32,122 nt of DNA from Thermoanaerobaculia bacterium (GTDB lineage Bacteria > Acidobacteriota > Thermoanaerobaculia > UBA5066 > Gp7-AA6). The position numbers were made by a program, and so were the translations under genes. Shown here piece after piece: positions 22,398 through 30,502 of this stretch (the stretch's first letter is position 1; each line of letters starts with the position of its first letter). The notes under the pieces are model-generated. The model had not been told where the DNA came from, did no database searches, and saw only the letters and a list, made by a program, of their open reading frames with translations. The DNA lies in assembly GCA_049273755.1 (NCBI GenBank), contig JBASRI010000159.1, positions 1-32,122 of the forward strand. Direction: 5' to 3'.

Positions 22398-23558
22398 ATG
22401 GGTTGGCGTTTTCTCGACGTTTTCCGGCGAGCTCTGGTTGAGACGGCCTCCGAGCCGGCCTCGCCGGATTACGAAGACCTGAAGCGCAAGCTGCTCTGGC
22501 GAGGCAACGGTCCGTCCCGCGGGCGGGCCCTCAGCGTCTACATGGATCAGAACAACCGGTGCAACCTCAAGTGCAAGATGTGCGGCTTCAGCGACGAGCG
22601 CGTGGCCGCTGTTCCCAAATACGACATGCCCCGCTGGCTGTTCGATTCGATCGCCGCCCAGGTGTTTCCCCGGACGAACTTCCTCATTCTCTCGATTCTG
22701 ACGGAGCCGTTCATGACGCGGGACTTTCCCGACCGATTGGAGGTCGTGAGGAAGTTCGACGTCCCCTACAGCGAGATCATCACGAACGGAACGCTCCTCG
22801 ACGAGCGAAGCGTCGGCAAGATCCTGGACGCCAGGATCACGTGCCTGACCGTCTCCATCGACGGCGGAACGAAGGAGACGTACGAGGCCATCCGGACGGG
22901 CGCCCGATTCGAGGACGTGATGGCCAACGTCCGCCTGTTTCAGGCGATGCGGAGGCAGCGGCGGGCCGCCCTGCCGCGCCTCCGGATCAATCACGTCCTC
23001 TCCGAACCGAACATCGATCACTTCGACACGTTTCTGGCCCTCGTAGACGAGATCCACCCCGAAAAGATGGGCGTGCGCACGGTGTCGCGGATGAGCAACG
23101 CGATCATTCAGGAAAGCGCGGATCCGGCGTTCTGGGCCAAGGTCGGCGTGGTACGCGAGAAGCTCGCGGCATTTTGCCGGCGGACCGGAATCGAGGATGC
23201 CGGATTCCTGCGCGACCGGCCGACCCGGATCGATCTGTTCGGGGACGGAGGAGAAAAGATGATCTGCCGCGCTCCCTGGGAGATGCTTGCCATTCACCCC
23301 AACGGAGACGTCTATCCGTGCATGGCCTGGACGCGGCCCCCGATCGGCAACTTCGCGAGGCAGTCGTTCGCGGAGATCTGGCAGGGTCGAGAGCTCGAAG
23401 CGCTGCGGCGTGAGTTTGCCGAGGTCAAACCCGGCCTGGACTGTCTGAACTGCCGGATCCGGAGAGACTCGAGCTCCGACCCCAACGACGACTTCTTCTA
23501 CGCGAAGGTCGCCAAGAAGCCGGCGCCGTCGGATTTCGGGGTTGCAGGCCGCGCCTAG
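22398..23558 (+). CDS. Radical SAM enzyme with C-terminal SPASM-like domain (386 aa)
   Basis: CNLKCKMCGF (CxxxCxxC). ITNGTLL and SIDGGTKETYE motifs. C-terminal CRAPWEMLAIHPNGDVYPC...CLNC. Confidence 0.8.
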   Translation: MGWRFLDVFRRALVETASEPASPDYEDLKRKLLWRGNGPSRGRALSVYMDQNNRCNLKCKMCGFSDERVAAVPKYDMPRWLFDSIAAQVFPRTNFLILSILTEPFMTRDFPDRLEVVRKFDVPYSEIITNGTLLDERSVGKILDARITCLTVSIDGGTKETYEAIRTGARFEDVMANVRLFQAMRRQRRAALPRLRINHVLSEPNIDHFDTFLALVDEIHPEKMGVRTVSRMSNAIIQESADPAFWAKVGVVREKLAAFCRRTGIEDAGFLRDRPTRIDLFGDGGEKMICRAPWEMLAIHPNGDVYPCMAWTRPPIGNFARQSFAEIWQGRELEALRREFAEVKPGLDCLNCRIRRDSSSDPNDDFFYAKVAKKPAPSDFGVAGRA

Positions 23559-23592
23559 TCACGCCTCTACAGAGCCGGATCGGGCGGCGGCT

Positions 23593-24210
23593 ATGATTGC
23601 GGCCATGTCCGGCCGGCAGGTCGCTCTCATACGCGGGATCAACGTCGGCCGCGCGAAGCGGGTGGCCATGGCAGACCTGCGGAAGCTCGTGGCGGACCTC
23701 GGCTATCTCGACGTATGCACGTTGCTCAACAGCGGCAACGTCGTCTTCACCGTTCCCGGAGCGGTTCGCGACGACGCGGCGGAGAGGATCGAGAGGGAGA
23801 TCGCCAAGCGGCTGGGCGTCTCGGCCCGGGTGACGACCCTGACGGCGGCGGAGCTCGCGGAGGTCGTCGGCGAGAACCCCCTCAGAAAGGTCGCGCACGA
23901 CCCGAGCCGCCTCCTGGTCGCCGTTCTCTTCGATCCGAAGGATCGAGCTCTGCTGAAACCCCTTGCGCGTCAGGGCTGGGGCCCGGAGGCCCTGGCGCTC
24001 GGGGCCCGCGTGGCTTACCTCTGGTGCCCCAACGGGATCCTCGAGAGCCGCGTCGGCGAGGCCGTCGGGCGCGCGCTGGGCGACGCCACGACGACGCGCA
24101 ACTGGAACACCATGACGAAGCTTCACGCCCTCGCCGGGGATCGCGCCCCCCGGGCGGATCGCCCGCCGCGGCGCGCAAAGCTCGCGGCTTCGGATCTCCG
24201 CAAGAAGTAG
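23593..24210 (+). CDS. DUF1697-family protein (205 aa)
   Basis: VALIRGINVGRAKRVAMADLRKLVADLGYLDVCTLLNSGNVVF is the characteristic N-terminus. Confidence 0.7.
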   Translation: MIAAMSGRQVALIRGINVGRAKRVAMADLRKLVADLGYLDVCTLLNSGNVVFTVPGAVRDDAAERIEREIAKRLGVSARVTTLTAAELAEVVGENPLRKVAHDPSRLLVAVLFDPKDRALLKPLARQGWGPEALALGARVAYLWCPNGILESRVGEAVGRALGDATTTRNWNTMTKLHALAGDRAPRADRPPRRAKLAASDLRKK

Positions 24211-24577
24211 ACCGGCCAGGAAGCGCGGGCCGTCCGCGCGCTCGTCCAGGGGGCAGGGTCGGCGGCCGCGCAGCAGACCGGGGCCGCAAGAAGCCGACCT
24301 CCGAGACCTGGCAGTCTTCCAAAGACGGCTTCAACGTCCTCGCCGTGTTGACCGAGGCCCGGATGCGTTCATGAAGCAGTTGTTGACGCCGCCCCAGACG
24401 CGGAGCATTCTGGTGCAGAAGGGAAGGATCCGCGCCGCCTACGGTGTGCAGCTCAGCGTGGTCAACCTGGGCATTCGGATCGAGCCGGAAGATCCTCCGG
24501 GTCTACCGGCTCCGCGCGGTCGTGCACGATCGCAACGCCGGGATCGATCTGCCGCTCGAGCGCCCGAAGCTCGCGTC

Positions 24578-24853
24578 ATGACCTTCCCCGACGAGTACGG
24601 CGAGGCGGATCTGGTTCAGTTGGCGGAAGTCGTGCGTGACTGGTCTCACGATCCGTCCGGTTCCTATCTCGTCGAGGCCCGATGCCGGCCCACGGGTCGA
24701 ATCTTCATCAGCGGATACCATCCCAAAGAGCTGGACATCACCCTGCTGAGGATGGTGCATTGCCCGCACTGCAAGGATTGGCACCGGCTCGTCCTCGCGG
24801 TCGAGCCGATCATTCGAGAGCCGATTCGGTTGATTCGATCGTCAGGAGCCTGA
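24578..24853 (+). CDS. Hypothetical protein (91 aa; the ORF opens at 24371)
   Basis: The portion from ATG 24578 has protein-like composition (MTFPDEYGEADLVQLAEVV...HCPHCKDWH). The upstream 69 codons are Arg/Pro-rich. Confidence 0.35.
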   Translation: MTFPDEYGEADLVQLAEVVRDWSHDPSGSYLVEARCRPTGRIFISGYHPKELDITLLRMVHCPHCKDWHRLVLAVEPIIREPIRLIRSSGA

Positions 24854-24916
24854 TGAAGGCTCGCGGTCGATCTGAAGCCGTGCATGTCGTAGACGCGACG
24901 CTCGCCCTCCGCAGCC

Positions 24917-25318
24917 ATGGCCGTGTGGCGTAGGCGAGCGCGGGAGCTCTTCCCCGAGCTGAGCCGGGAGCTCGCTGTGGACGCGTACAGCGTGCACCAG
25001 CTCTTCTTCGACCTCGTGCCCCGGGTCGAGCAGGCTCACGCCGACGGAAACGAGGAGTTCTTGAAGCGCGCCTACGGCTTCGCGGGCTGGTGTGGTTCCC
25101 AGAATGGCAAGGACCTCTGGAACGCCGCGGGCGTCGCATTCTTCGAGCATGCGTTCGATCGCTGGAACCAGCGGCACCTCGTCGTTCCGTGGCTGTCGCC
25201 GCAGGTGATCGCGGATTCGTGGCCGCTCTGGGAGTCCCGGTTGAATCGGGTCCAGCTCTCGGAGCTTCGCGAGCTCTTCGAAAAGCGCCGGGAAAGAAAG
25301 TATGCCCAGTGCGTCTAG
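24917..25318 (+). CDS. Hypothetical protein (133 aa)
   Basis: Helical, Trp-rich, balanced composition. The antisense ORFs are Arg/Pro-rich shadows. Confidence 0.55.
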   Translation: MAVWRRRARELFPELSRELAVDAYSVHQLFFDLVPRVEQAHADGNEEFLKRAYGFAGWCGSQNGKDLWNAAGVAFFEHAFDRWNQRHLVVPWLSPQVIADSWPLWESRLNRVQLSELRELFEKRRERKYAQCV

Positions 25319-25467
25319 CGCACGCGTCGAGCGGGGTTTTGGGTCCGGCGAGGGGACGCCTGAGGCTGCATCTGCTGGCCACACTCGGATAGGCTTTCGT
25401 CCGGTCGCGTGCCTCTTGCTCCGGCTTTCGGTGCGGCGGGTGGGACCTGCCTGATAGGGAGGTCGTC

Positions 25468-25944
25468 ATGACGAAGACGCGGCGGTCCGTTCTCAAGGCG
25501 GTCGTTCATGGGTGCACGGGCCTGGCTGCGCTGGCGGGGTCGTCCGCAGCCGCGGCGCAGGAGCTCGCCTCCGGGGGCGCGCCGCAGAAGTTTCTGCTCG
25601 TGGGCCTGTGCGGCTCCGAGAATCCGACCCGGGCCAACTTTCCGTTCGTCTGGGCCTCGGCGTTGAAGTCGGCTGGCCACGAGGTCCGGATCGAGATCGC
25701 CGGCGACGCGACCGTGCTCATCCGAACGCCCGTCTCCGACTCCGTGACGCCGGTGGGCTGGCCGCCGTTCCGCGAGGCCCTCGCGCGCGTCGTCGAGCAC
25801 AAGATCCCGATCTATGTTTGAAAGGCCTGCGCGACCGCCCGTGGGGTGGTGGAAGCCGATCTCGCCAACAAGAACGCGCAGTTCACGAACCCGCAGCTGA
25901 CGGCCCAGACGATGGCGTGGGCGAGCAAGATCCTGGTCGTTTAG
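25468..25944 (+). CDS. Tat-signal DsrE/DsrF-like protein with in-frame TGA at 25819-25821 (candidate selenocysteine in a U-x-x-C motif; 158 codons if read through)
   Basis: TRRSVLK twin-arginine signal. FLLVGLCGSENP...KIPIYV-TGA-KACATARGVVEADL....TAQTMAWASKILVV-TAG in the same frame. DsrE-like proteins carry a Cys at this position, as I recall it. Confidence 0.6.
25834..25850 (+). other. Candidate SECIS-like hairpin downstream of the DsrE-like TGA
   Basis: accgccc-gtg-gggtggt: 7 pairs including one G-U. The loop starts 19 nt after the TGA. Possible lower stem ggc/gcc (25824-25826 with 25855-25857). Confidence 0.3.
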
Positions 25945-25989
25945 TCCTCGGGAGGTTCGCGCGCCGAGGGGTTGAGAGGAGGCCGGATC

Positions 25990-26382
25990 ATGAGCAGCCC
26001 TGTTGCGGGATTCGGACTGAGACAGATCGGCCAGATCGCCGTCCCCGTCGCCGACATCGATCGAGCCGTCGGCTTCTATCGGGACACGCTGGGCATGCGC
26101 TTCCTGTTTCAGGCCCCCCCGGGACTGGGGTTCTTCGATTGCTCGGGAGTGCGGCTGATGCTCGATGCTCCGGCCAAGGCGCAAGGCGGGAGCGGCGGCT
26201 CCGTCATCTACTACGAGGTTCCGGATCTTCAGGCGGCCTTCGAGGCCCTCTCCGCCCGCGGCGTCGTCTTCGAGGCGAAGCCTCACTTGATCGCTAAGCT
26301 GCCCGACCACGAGCTGTGGATGGCGTTCTTCCGCGATCCGGACGACAACCTCCTGGCGCTCATGAGCGAGGTCCGTCCGTGA
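25990..26382 (+). CDS. VOC-family (glyoxalase fold) protein (130 aa)
   Basis: gagaggagg RBS. IGQIAVPVADIDRAVGFYRDTLGM ... AFFRDPDDNLLALM. Confidence 0.75.
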   Translation: MSSPVAGFGLRQIGQIAVPVADIDRAVGFYRDTLGMRFLFQAPPGLGFFDCSGVRLMLDAPAKAQGGSGGSVIYYEVPDLQAAFEALSARGVVFEAKPHLIAKLPDHELWMAFFRDPDDNLLALMSEVRP

Positions 26383-26529
26383 GCCCAGGCGACGCCAAAC
26401 GGCAGCTCGCGGTCTTCCAAAGGCCGCTCGAAGACGTTCGTGCGGGCGGTCGCGGCGAAGCGGCTTCCCCGAAGACCCCAGAACCGCCGCGCATGACTTC
26501 TTCTATGGAACTCCAATGAGGGGGTCGTC

Positions 26530-27255
26530 ATGAAACTGCCGGCAGTGCAGGGCGTGATTCGCCGACGAATCCTGGTGAACTTCCGCGTTCGGCCCGACGT
26601 GATGCAGGCCCAGATCCCGGCGCGCTTCACGCCGAAGCTGCACGCGGGCAACGCCATCGCCGGAATCTGCCTCATCCGGCTGGAGGAAATCCGGCCGCGG
26701 TCGCTGCCATCGTTCGTGGGCCTGGCGAGCGAGAACGCTGCCCACCGCGTGGCGGTGCGATGGAAGGGCGACTCCGGGGAGGAAAAGGAAGGCGTGTTCA
26801 TTCCGAGACGGGACACGAACTCGACGATGAACCGACTCGCGGGCGGCCGGCTCTTTCCGGGGGAACACCACCTGGCCGCGTTCGAGGTCGACTGTTCCGA
26901 CGAGCGGATCGCCCTGGAGATGGAGTCGTCCGACGGCGAGGTCGCGGTCAGAGTTCGCGGGACGCCAGCCGCGAACCTTCCGGCCACGTCCTGCTTTTCG
27001 AGCCTCGCCGAGGCGTCCGCCTTCTTCGAGCCCGGGAGCCTGGGCTACTCCACGACCGCGGAGCCGGGCCGGCTCGACGGCGTGGCGTTGAAGACCAGGA
27101 GCTGGAAGGTCGAGCCCCTCGAGGTCGAGGAAGTCTTCTCGAGCTACTTCTCGGACGAGACGCGGTTTCCGAAGGGCAGCGTCGCCTTCGACTGCGCGCT
27201 CCTGATGCGCAACATCGAGCACGAGTGGCAAGGCACCGGTGACCTCTACGTTTGA
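26530..27255 (+). CDS. DUF2071-like protein (241 aa)
   Basis: N-terminal RRRILVNFRVRPDVMQAQIP..F.P.....AIAGICLIRLEEIRP...P....L.SENAAHRVAV resembles DUF2071, from memory. Confidence 0.55.
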   Translation: MKLPAVQGVIRRRILVNFRVRPDVMQAQIPARFTPKLHAGNAIAGICLIRLEEIRPRSLPSFVGLASENAAHRVAVRWKGDSGEEKEGVFIPRRDTNSTMNRLAGGRLFPGEHHLAAFEVDCSDERIALEMESSDGEVAVRVRGTPAANLPATSCFSSLAEASAFFEPGSLGYSTTAEPGRLDGVALKTRSWKVEPLEVEEVFSSYFSDETRFPKGSVAFDCALLMRNIEHEWQGTGDLYV

Positions 27256-27332
27256 AACGAGACCACGCGCGGAGTGAGACGTCGCGAGGCCGGACCTGGC
27301 TGTATCCTCTGCCGTGCGACGGGAGGTGTGAC

Positions 27333-27785
27333 TTGCTCGCTTCCGCCCTGATGCTCGCGGCCGTGCTCTCGGCCCCGATGACGCCGACCCCGCAGGCCGC
27401 CGCGCCGTTGCCGAGCGTGGCGCTGCCGCCGGAGCTCGCCCGCGTGCTGACGGACTACGAGACGGCCTGGGGCAATCGCGACGCCTCCGGCCTCGCGGGC
27501 CTCTTCGCCGAAGACGGGTTCGTGCTCTCCGGCGGGAAGCCGCCGATCCGAGGACGCGCCGCGATCGAAGACGCGTACAAGGGAAGCGGCGGCCCCTTGT
27601 TCCTCCGGGCCCTGGCCTTCGCCACCGAAGGCGACGTCGGCTACATCATCGGAGGCTACTCGCACGCGAAGGGCGCGCCGGACGACGGGAAGTTTACGCT
27701 GACGTTGAAGAAGGGTTCCGGCGGGCGTTGGCGGATCATGTCCGACATGGACAACGGCAACCGTCCGCCGCGCCGGGAGCCCTGA
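27333..27785 (+). CDS. Secreted DUF4440/SnoaL-like NTF2-fold protein (150 aa)
   Basis: TTG after ggagg RBS. Signal peptide. YETAWGNRDASGLAGLFAEDGFVL..G.PPIRGRAAIE...; GGRWRIMSDMDN. Confidence 0.65.
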   Translation: MLASALMLAAVLSAPMTPTPQAAAPLPSVALPPELARVLTDYETAWGNRDASGLAGLFAEDGFVLSGGKPPIRGRAAIEDAYKGSGGPLFLRALAFATEGDVGYIIGGYSHAKGAPDDGKFTLTLKKGSGGRWRIMSDMDNGNRPPRREP

Positions 27786-27812
27786 GCGGGGCCTGAGGAA
27801 GAGGAGGCTGGC

Positions 27813-28286
27813 GTGGTGTCGAGCAAAGCCGCCACGGTGAAGGAGTATCTCGATGGGCTTCCGGAGGACCGCCGCGATGTCGTCTCCGCGGTCCGGAGGA
27901 CGATCCGCGAGAACCTTCCTCCCGGCTACCGCGAGGCGATGCAGTGGGGGATGATCACGTACTCCGTCCCGCTGGCCCGCTTTCCCGACACCTACAACGG
28001 CCAGCCTCTGTGCTACGTCGCGGTGGCGGCGCAGAAGAACCACTTCGCCGTCTACATGTCGGGCCCCTACCAGAATCCGGAAGAGCTTTCGCGGCTCAAG
28101 GAGGGCTTCCGAAAAGTAGGCAAGAAGCTCGACATGGGCAAGTCCTGCGTCCGCTTCCGCAAGCTCGAGGACCTGCCGCTCGACGTGATCGGCGAGTCCG
28201 TCGCCCGGGTGCCGGTCGAGAAGTTCCTCGCCTGCTACGAGCAGGTCAAGCAGGGCACGAAACCCCGTACGAAGAGAAAGGCGTAG
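27813..28286 (+). CDS. DUF1801 (YdhG-like) domain protein (157 aa)
   Basis: GTG after gaggagg. TVKEYLDGLPEDRRDVVSAVRRTIRENLP.GYREAMQWGMITY ... KSCVRFRKLEDLPLDVI. Confidence 0.7.
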   Translation: MVSSKAATVKEYLDGLPEDRRDVVSAVRRTIRENLPPGYREAMQWGMITYSVPLARFPDTYNGQPLCYVAVAAQKNHFAVYMSGPYQNPEELSRLKEGFRKVGKKLDMGKSCVRFRKLEDLPLDVIGESVARVPVEKFLACYEQVKQGTKPRTKRKA

Positions 28287-28343
28287 CGCCCTTCGGGGCC
28301 TCGAGACTTCGGGTTGGCCCGTTCCTTGCGGGCGAGAAGCGGA

Positions 28344-29807
28344 ATGCGTCTCGCCGTACGCATCGCGGTGGCGGGGATCGCCCTCGCGGCGCTCCTGCTG
28401 GCCGGATACGCGGCGACGGCGAAGTGGCTGCTGTCCGGCCCGAAGCTGCGGTCCCTGATCAACAGCGATCCTGAATCCTCCCTGCTCGACTGGGACGAAG
28501 CCTGGTCGATCTGGCCGGGGCGCATCCGCGTCCGGAACCTGCGGATCCGCGGCAGCGACCGCAACGTGCAGTACATCATCGTCCTCAAGGAGGCGCGGGT
28601 CCGCTACTCGGCGCTTGCGCTCGCCTCTCGGCGGTTCCGCGTCACCGCCGTCGACGGCGCGGGGCTCTCGTTCCGGCTCCGGCAGAAGCTGACCCGGGAG
28701 GAGCTCCGCACGACCGCGGTCGATCTGCTCCCACCCGTGCCGGGGTTCGACGATCCGCCGCTGCGCGAGGAGAAGCCGCCGGCGCCGCCCGTCGAAGGGA
28801 ATCCCTGGACGCTCGTCATCCGCGGCATCGCGATCGAGCGGCTGGAAGAGATCTGGGTCGATGCCTGGCGGTACGAGGGCGCCGCATCCGTCCGCGGGGA
28901 GTTCCTGCTGCGCTCGGGCCAGCGGGCGAGCGTGGGTCCTGCATCCATCACGTTCCCCGGCGGGCTCCTGAGGCTCGGGAAGGCGGCAGCGCTCACGAAA
29001 GTCGACGGCAAGCTGGAGGCGACGTTCGACGAGTGGGATCCGCGCGTGGTCCAGGGCAATGCGGTCTGGAAGGAGGTCACTGGCCAGGCGCGCGTCGCGG
29101 GGCCCACGGAAAGCATCGCGTTCCTGAACCACTTTCTGCGCGCGTCGAAGGAGCCGCGCTTGTCCGGAGGGGCGGGAACTTTGTCGGCCGAAGGCTCGAT
29201 CGCGCACGGCCTCGCCCGCGGCGACGTGGTCCTGGAGGCGCGCAAGGCGCGGATGGAGCGCGCCGGGCGGACGATCGTGGGCGACACGGCCGCGCGGCTG
29301 CACGTCCCGGAGGGGAATCTCGAGACGGGCCGGCTCGTGATCTCGGGAAGCCGGCTGGAGCTCACCGACGCCCGCGTCACCGGGAGCGAGGCGGCGCCGG
29401 GCTGGTGGGGCAAGTTCCTCGCGCGGTGGGGAGTCCTTGATCGGGGCCTGAGCGCGCGCGTGGAGCTCGAGTGCCGCGACGCGCGGCCGCTCTTCTTCGC
29501 CTTCGGCGTCCAGCTGCCGAAGTGGGCGCAGGAGATTCTCAAGCTCGAAGGGCTGCGCGGGTCGGCCCGCGTGACGCTGGCCCCGTCGCTCACCGTGGTC
29601 CGGAATCTCGAGGTGAAGGGCGGAAAGTTCGTCATCCTCGGCGACTACGAAGCGCGAAAAGGAATCCCAAGCGGCGCCTTCCTGATCGACACCGGCTCTC
29701 TGAACGTCGCCGTGGAGATCGGTGGCGGCATGCCGCACCTCCGGCTGATCAACGCGAAGCCGTGGTTCGAGGAGAGGAGGGCGGCGCAAGCGCGGCCCGC
29801 GGAGTGA
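28344..29807 (+). CDS. Large membrane-anchored hypothetical protein (about 487 aa; possibly AsmA-like)
   Basis: N-terminal TM MRLAVRIAVAGIALAALLLAGYAA. Long beta-rich body. The 859-aa antisense ORF is an Arg-rich shadow. Confidence 0.6.
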   Translation: MRLAVRIAVAGIALAALLLAGYAATAKWLLSGPKLRSLINSDPESSLLDWDEAWSIWPGRIRVRNLRIRGSDRNVQYIIVLKEARVRYSALALASRRFRVTAVDGAGLSFRLRQKLTREELRTTAVDLLPPVPGFDDPPLREEKPPAPPVEGNPWTLVIRGIAIERLEEIWVDAWRYEGAASVRGEFLLRSGQRASVGPASITFPGGLLRLGKAAALTKVDGKLEATFDEWDPRVVQGNAVWKEVTGQARVAGPTESIAFLNHFLRASKEPRLSGGAGTLSAEGSIAHGLARGDVVLEARKARMERAGRTIVGDTAARLHVPEGNLETGRLVISGSRLELTDARVTGSEAAPGWWGKFLARWGVLDRGLSARVELECRDARPLFFAFGVQLPKWAQEILKLEGLRGSARVTLAPSLTVVRNLEVKGGKFVILGDYEARKGIPSGAFLIDTGSLNVAVEIGGGMPHLRLINAKPWFEERRAAQARPAE

Positions 29808-29835
29808 CAGGCGGCGCAGAGTCATCCCGCGCCCT

Positions 29836-29895
29836 TTGTCATCCCGAGCGCAGCGAGGGATCCCTTTCGAGTCATGGTGCGGCTCTTAAAGGGAT
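29836..29895 (+). repeat. GIY-YIG-associated repeat, copy A1 (60 bp)
   Basis: ttgtcatcccgagcgcagcgagggatccctttcgagtcatggtgcggctcttaaagggat. Confidence 0.8.
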
Positions 29896-29926
29896 CCCTC
29901 GGGCTGCCGCCCTCGGGATGACAAGG
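29891..29926 (-). repeat. GIY-YIG-associated repeat, inverted partial copy B1
   Basis: gggatccctcgggctgccgccctcgggatgacaagg is the imperfect reverse complement of the A core. It forms a long imperfect inverted repeat with A1. Confidence 0.7.
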
Positions 29927-29944
29927 GGAACTTGCAGGCCTTGT

Positions 29945-30004
29945 TTGTCATCCCGAGCGTAGCGAGGGATCCCTTTCGAGTCATGGTGCGACTTCTAAAG
30001 GGAT
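29945..30004 (+). repeat. GIY-YIG-associated repeat, copy A2 (60 bp, about 4 mismatches to A1)
   Basis: ttgtcatcccgagcgtagcgagggatccctttcgagtcatggtgcgacttctaaagggat. Confidence 0.8.
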
Positions 30005-30044
30005 GAACGCCGCGCTTCGCGCGACGTTGCCTACTGCCCAGGGT

Positions 30045-30380
30045 CTACCTCTGGTGGTCGGCTGTCTCGTCGCTGCGCTCCTCGGGATGACAAAGAGACT
30101 GTGAGAACAGATCGCGCCACGACGGATTGATCGTCTCGATGAGCCGGATCTTCTTCCGACGACCCCAACCCTTGATTTGCTTTTCTCGAGTGATCGCCGC
30201 GAAGACGTCGTTCGTTGACTCGAAATAGAGGAGGCGGGAAACGCCGTAGCGAGAGGAAAATCCCGGGAAGCTTCCGTTACGGTGCTCCCACAGGCGGCGC
30301 TCGAGGTCGTTTGTAACGCCGACGTAGAGCGTGCCCGTGCGGCTGCCAAGGATGTAGACCCAGAACTGATAATCACGCAT
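30045..30380 (-). CDS. GIY-YIG nuclease-family protein (111 aa)
   Basis: FWVYILGSRTGTLYVGVTNDLERRLWEHRNG...REKQIKGW. The C-terminal LCHPEERSDE is encoded by repeat copy B2. Confidence 0.85.
   Translation of the reverse strand: MRDYQFWVYILGSRTGTLYVGVTNDLERRLWEHRNGSFPGFSSRYGVSRLLYFESTNDVFAAITREKQIKGWGRRKKIRLIETINPSWRDLFSQSLCHPEERSDETADHQR
30071..30095 (-). repeat. GIY-YIG-associated repeat, inverted core copy B2 (inside the 3' end of the GIY-YIG ORF)
   Basis: cgctgcgctcctcgggatgacaaag is the reverse complement of ctttgtcatcccgaggagcgcagcg. Confidence 0.7.
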
Positions 30381-30410
30381 CTACAAGTCTCATTGTCGCG
30401 AACTGGGGCC

Positions 30411-30452
30411 TTGTCATCCCGAGCGCAGCGAGGGATCCCTTTCGAGTCATGG
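30411..30452 (+). repeat. GIY-YIG-associated repeat, copy A3 (42 bp), 30 nt upstream of the GIY-YIG start
   Basis: ttgtcatcccgagcgcagcgagggatccctttcgagtcatgg, identical to the first 42 nt of A1. Confidence 0.8.
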
Positions 30453-30502
30453 ACAGGGGCTAGAATCGCGGTCCCTTCCCGGAACACGACACGGAGGTGA
30501 CG

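Noticed and set aside
24211-24577. A gap of about 370 bp with no convincing gene in an otherwise tightly packed region (possible ncRNA or decayed gene)
   Set aside because: It shows only a short GC hairpin (gcgcgg-gccgt-ccgcgc) and Arg/Pro-rich ORFs in all frames. I could not identify any conserved RNA motif or protein fragment by eye. An Rfam/blastx scan is worthwhile, but nothing is supportable from the sequence alone.
9928-25821. Global TGA reassignment (genetic code 4 or 25) to explain the in-frame TGAs
   Set aside because: TGA is a convincing stop for many genes here (for example ends at 416, 3407, 4915, 5656, 8130 and 16839), and the GC content is high. Only local recoding or pseudogenisation fits.
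27246-29825. 859-aa ORF on the - strand, the longest ORF in the window
   Set aside because: Its composition is extremely Arg/Pro/Gly-rich. It runs antisense to four + strand genes with recognisable folds and RBSs (27333, 27813, 28344). This is a typical high-GC shadow ORF.
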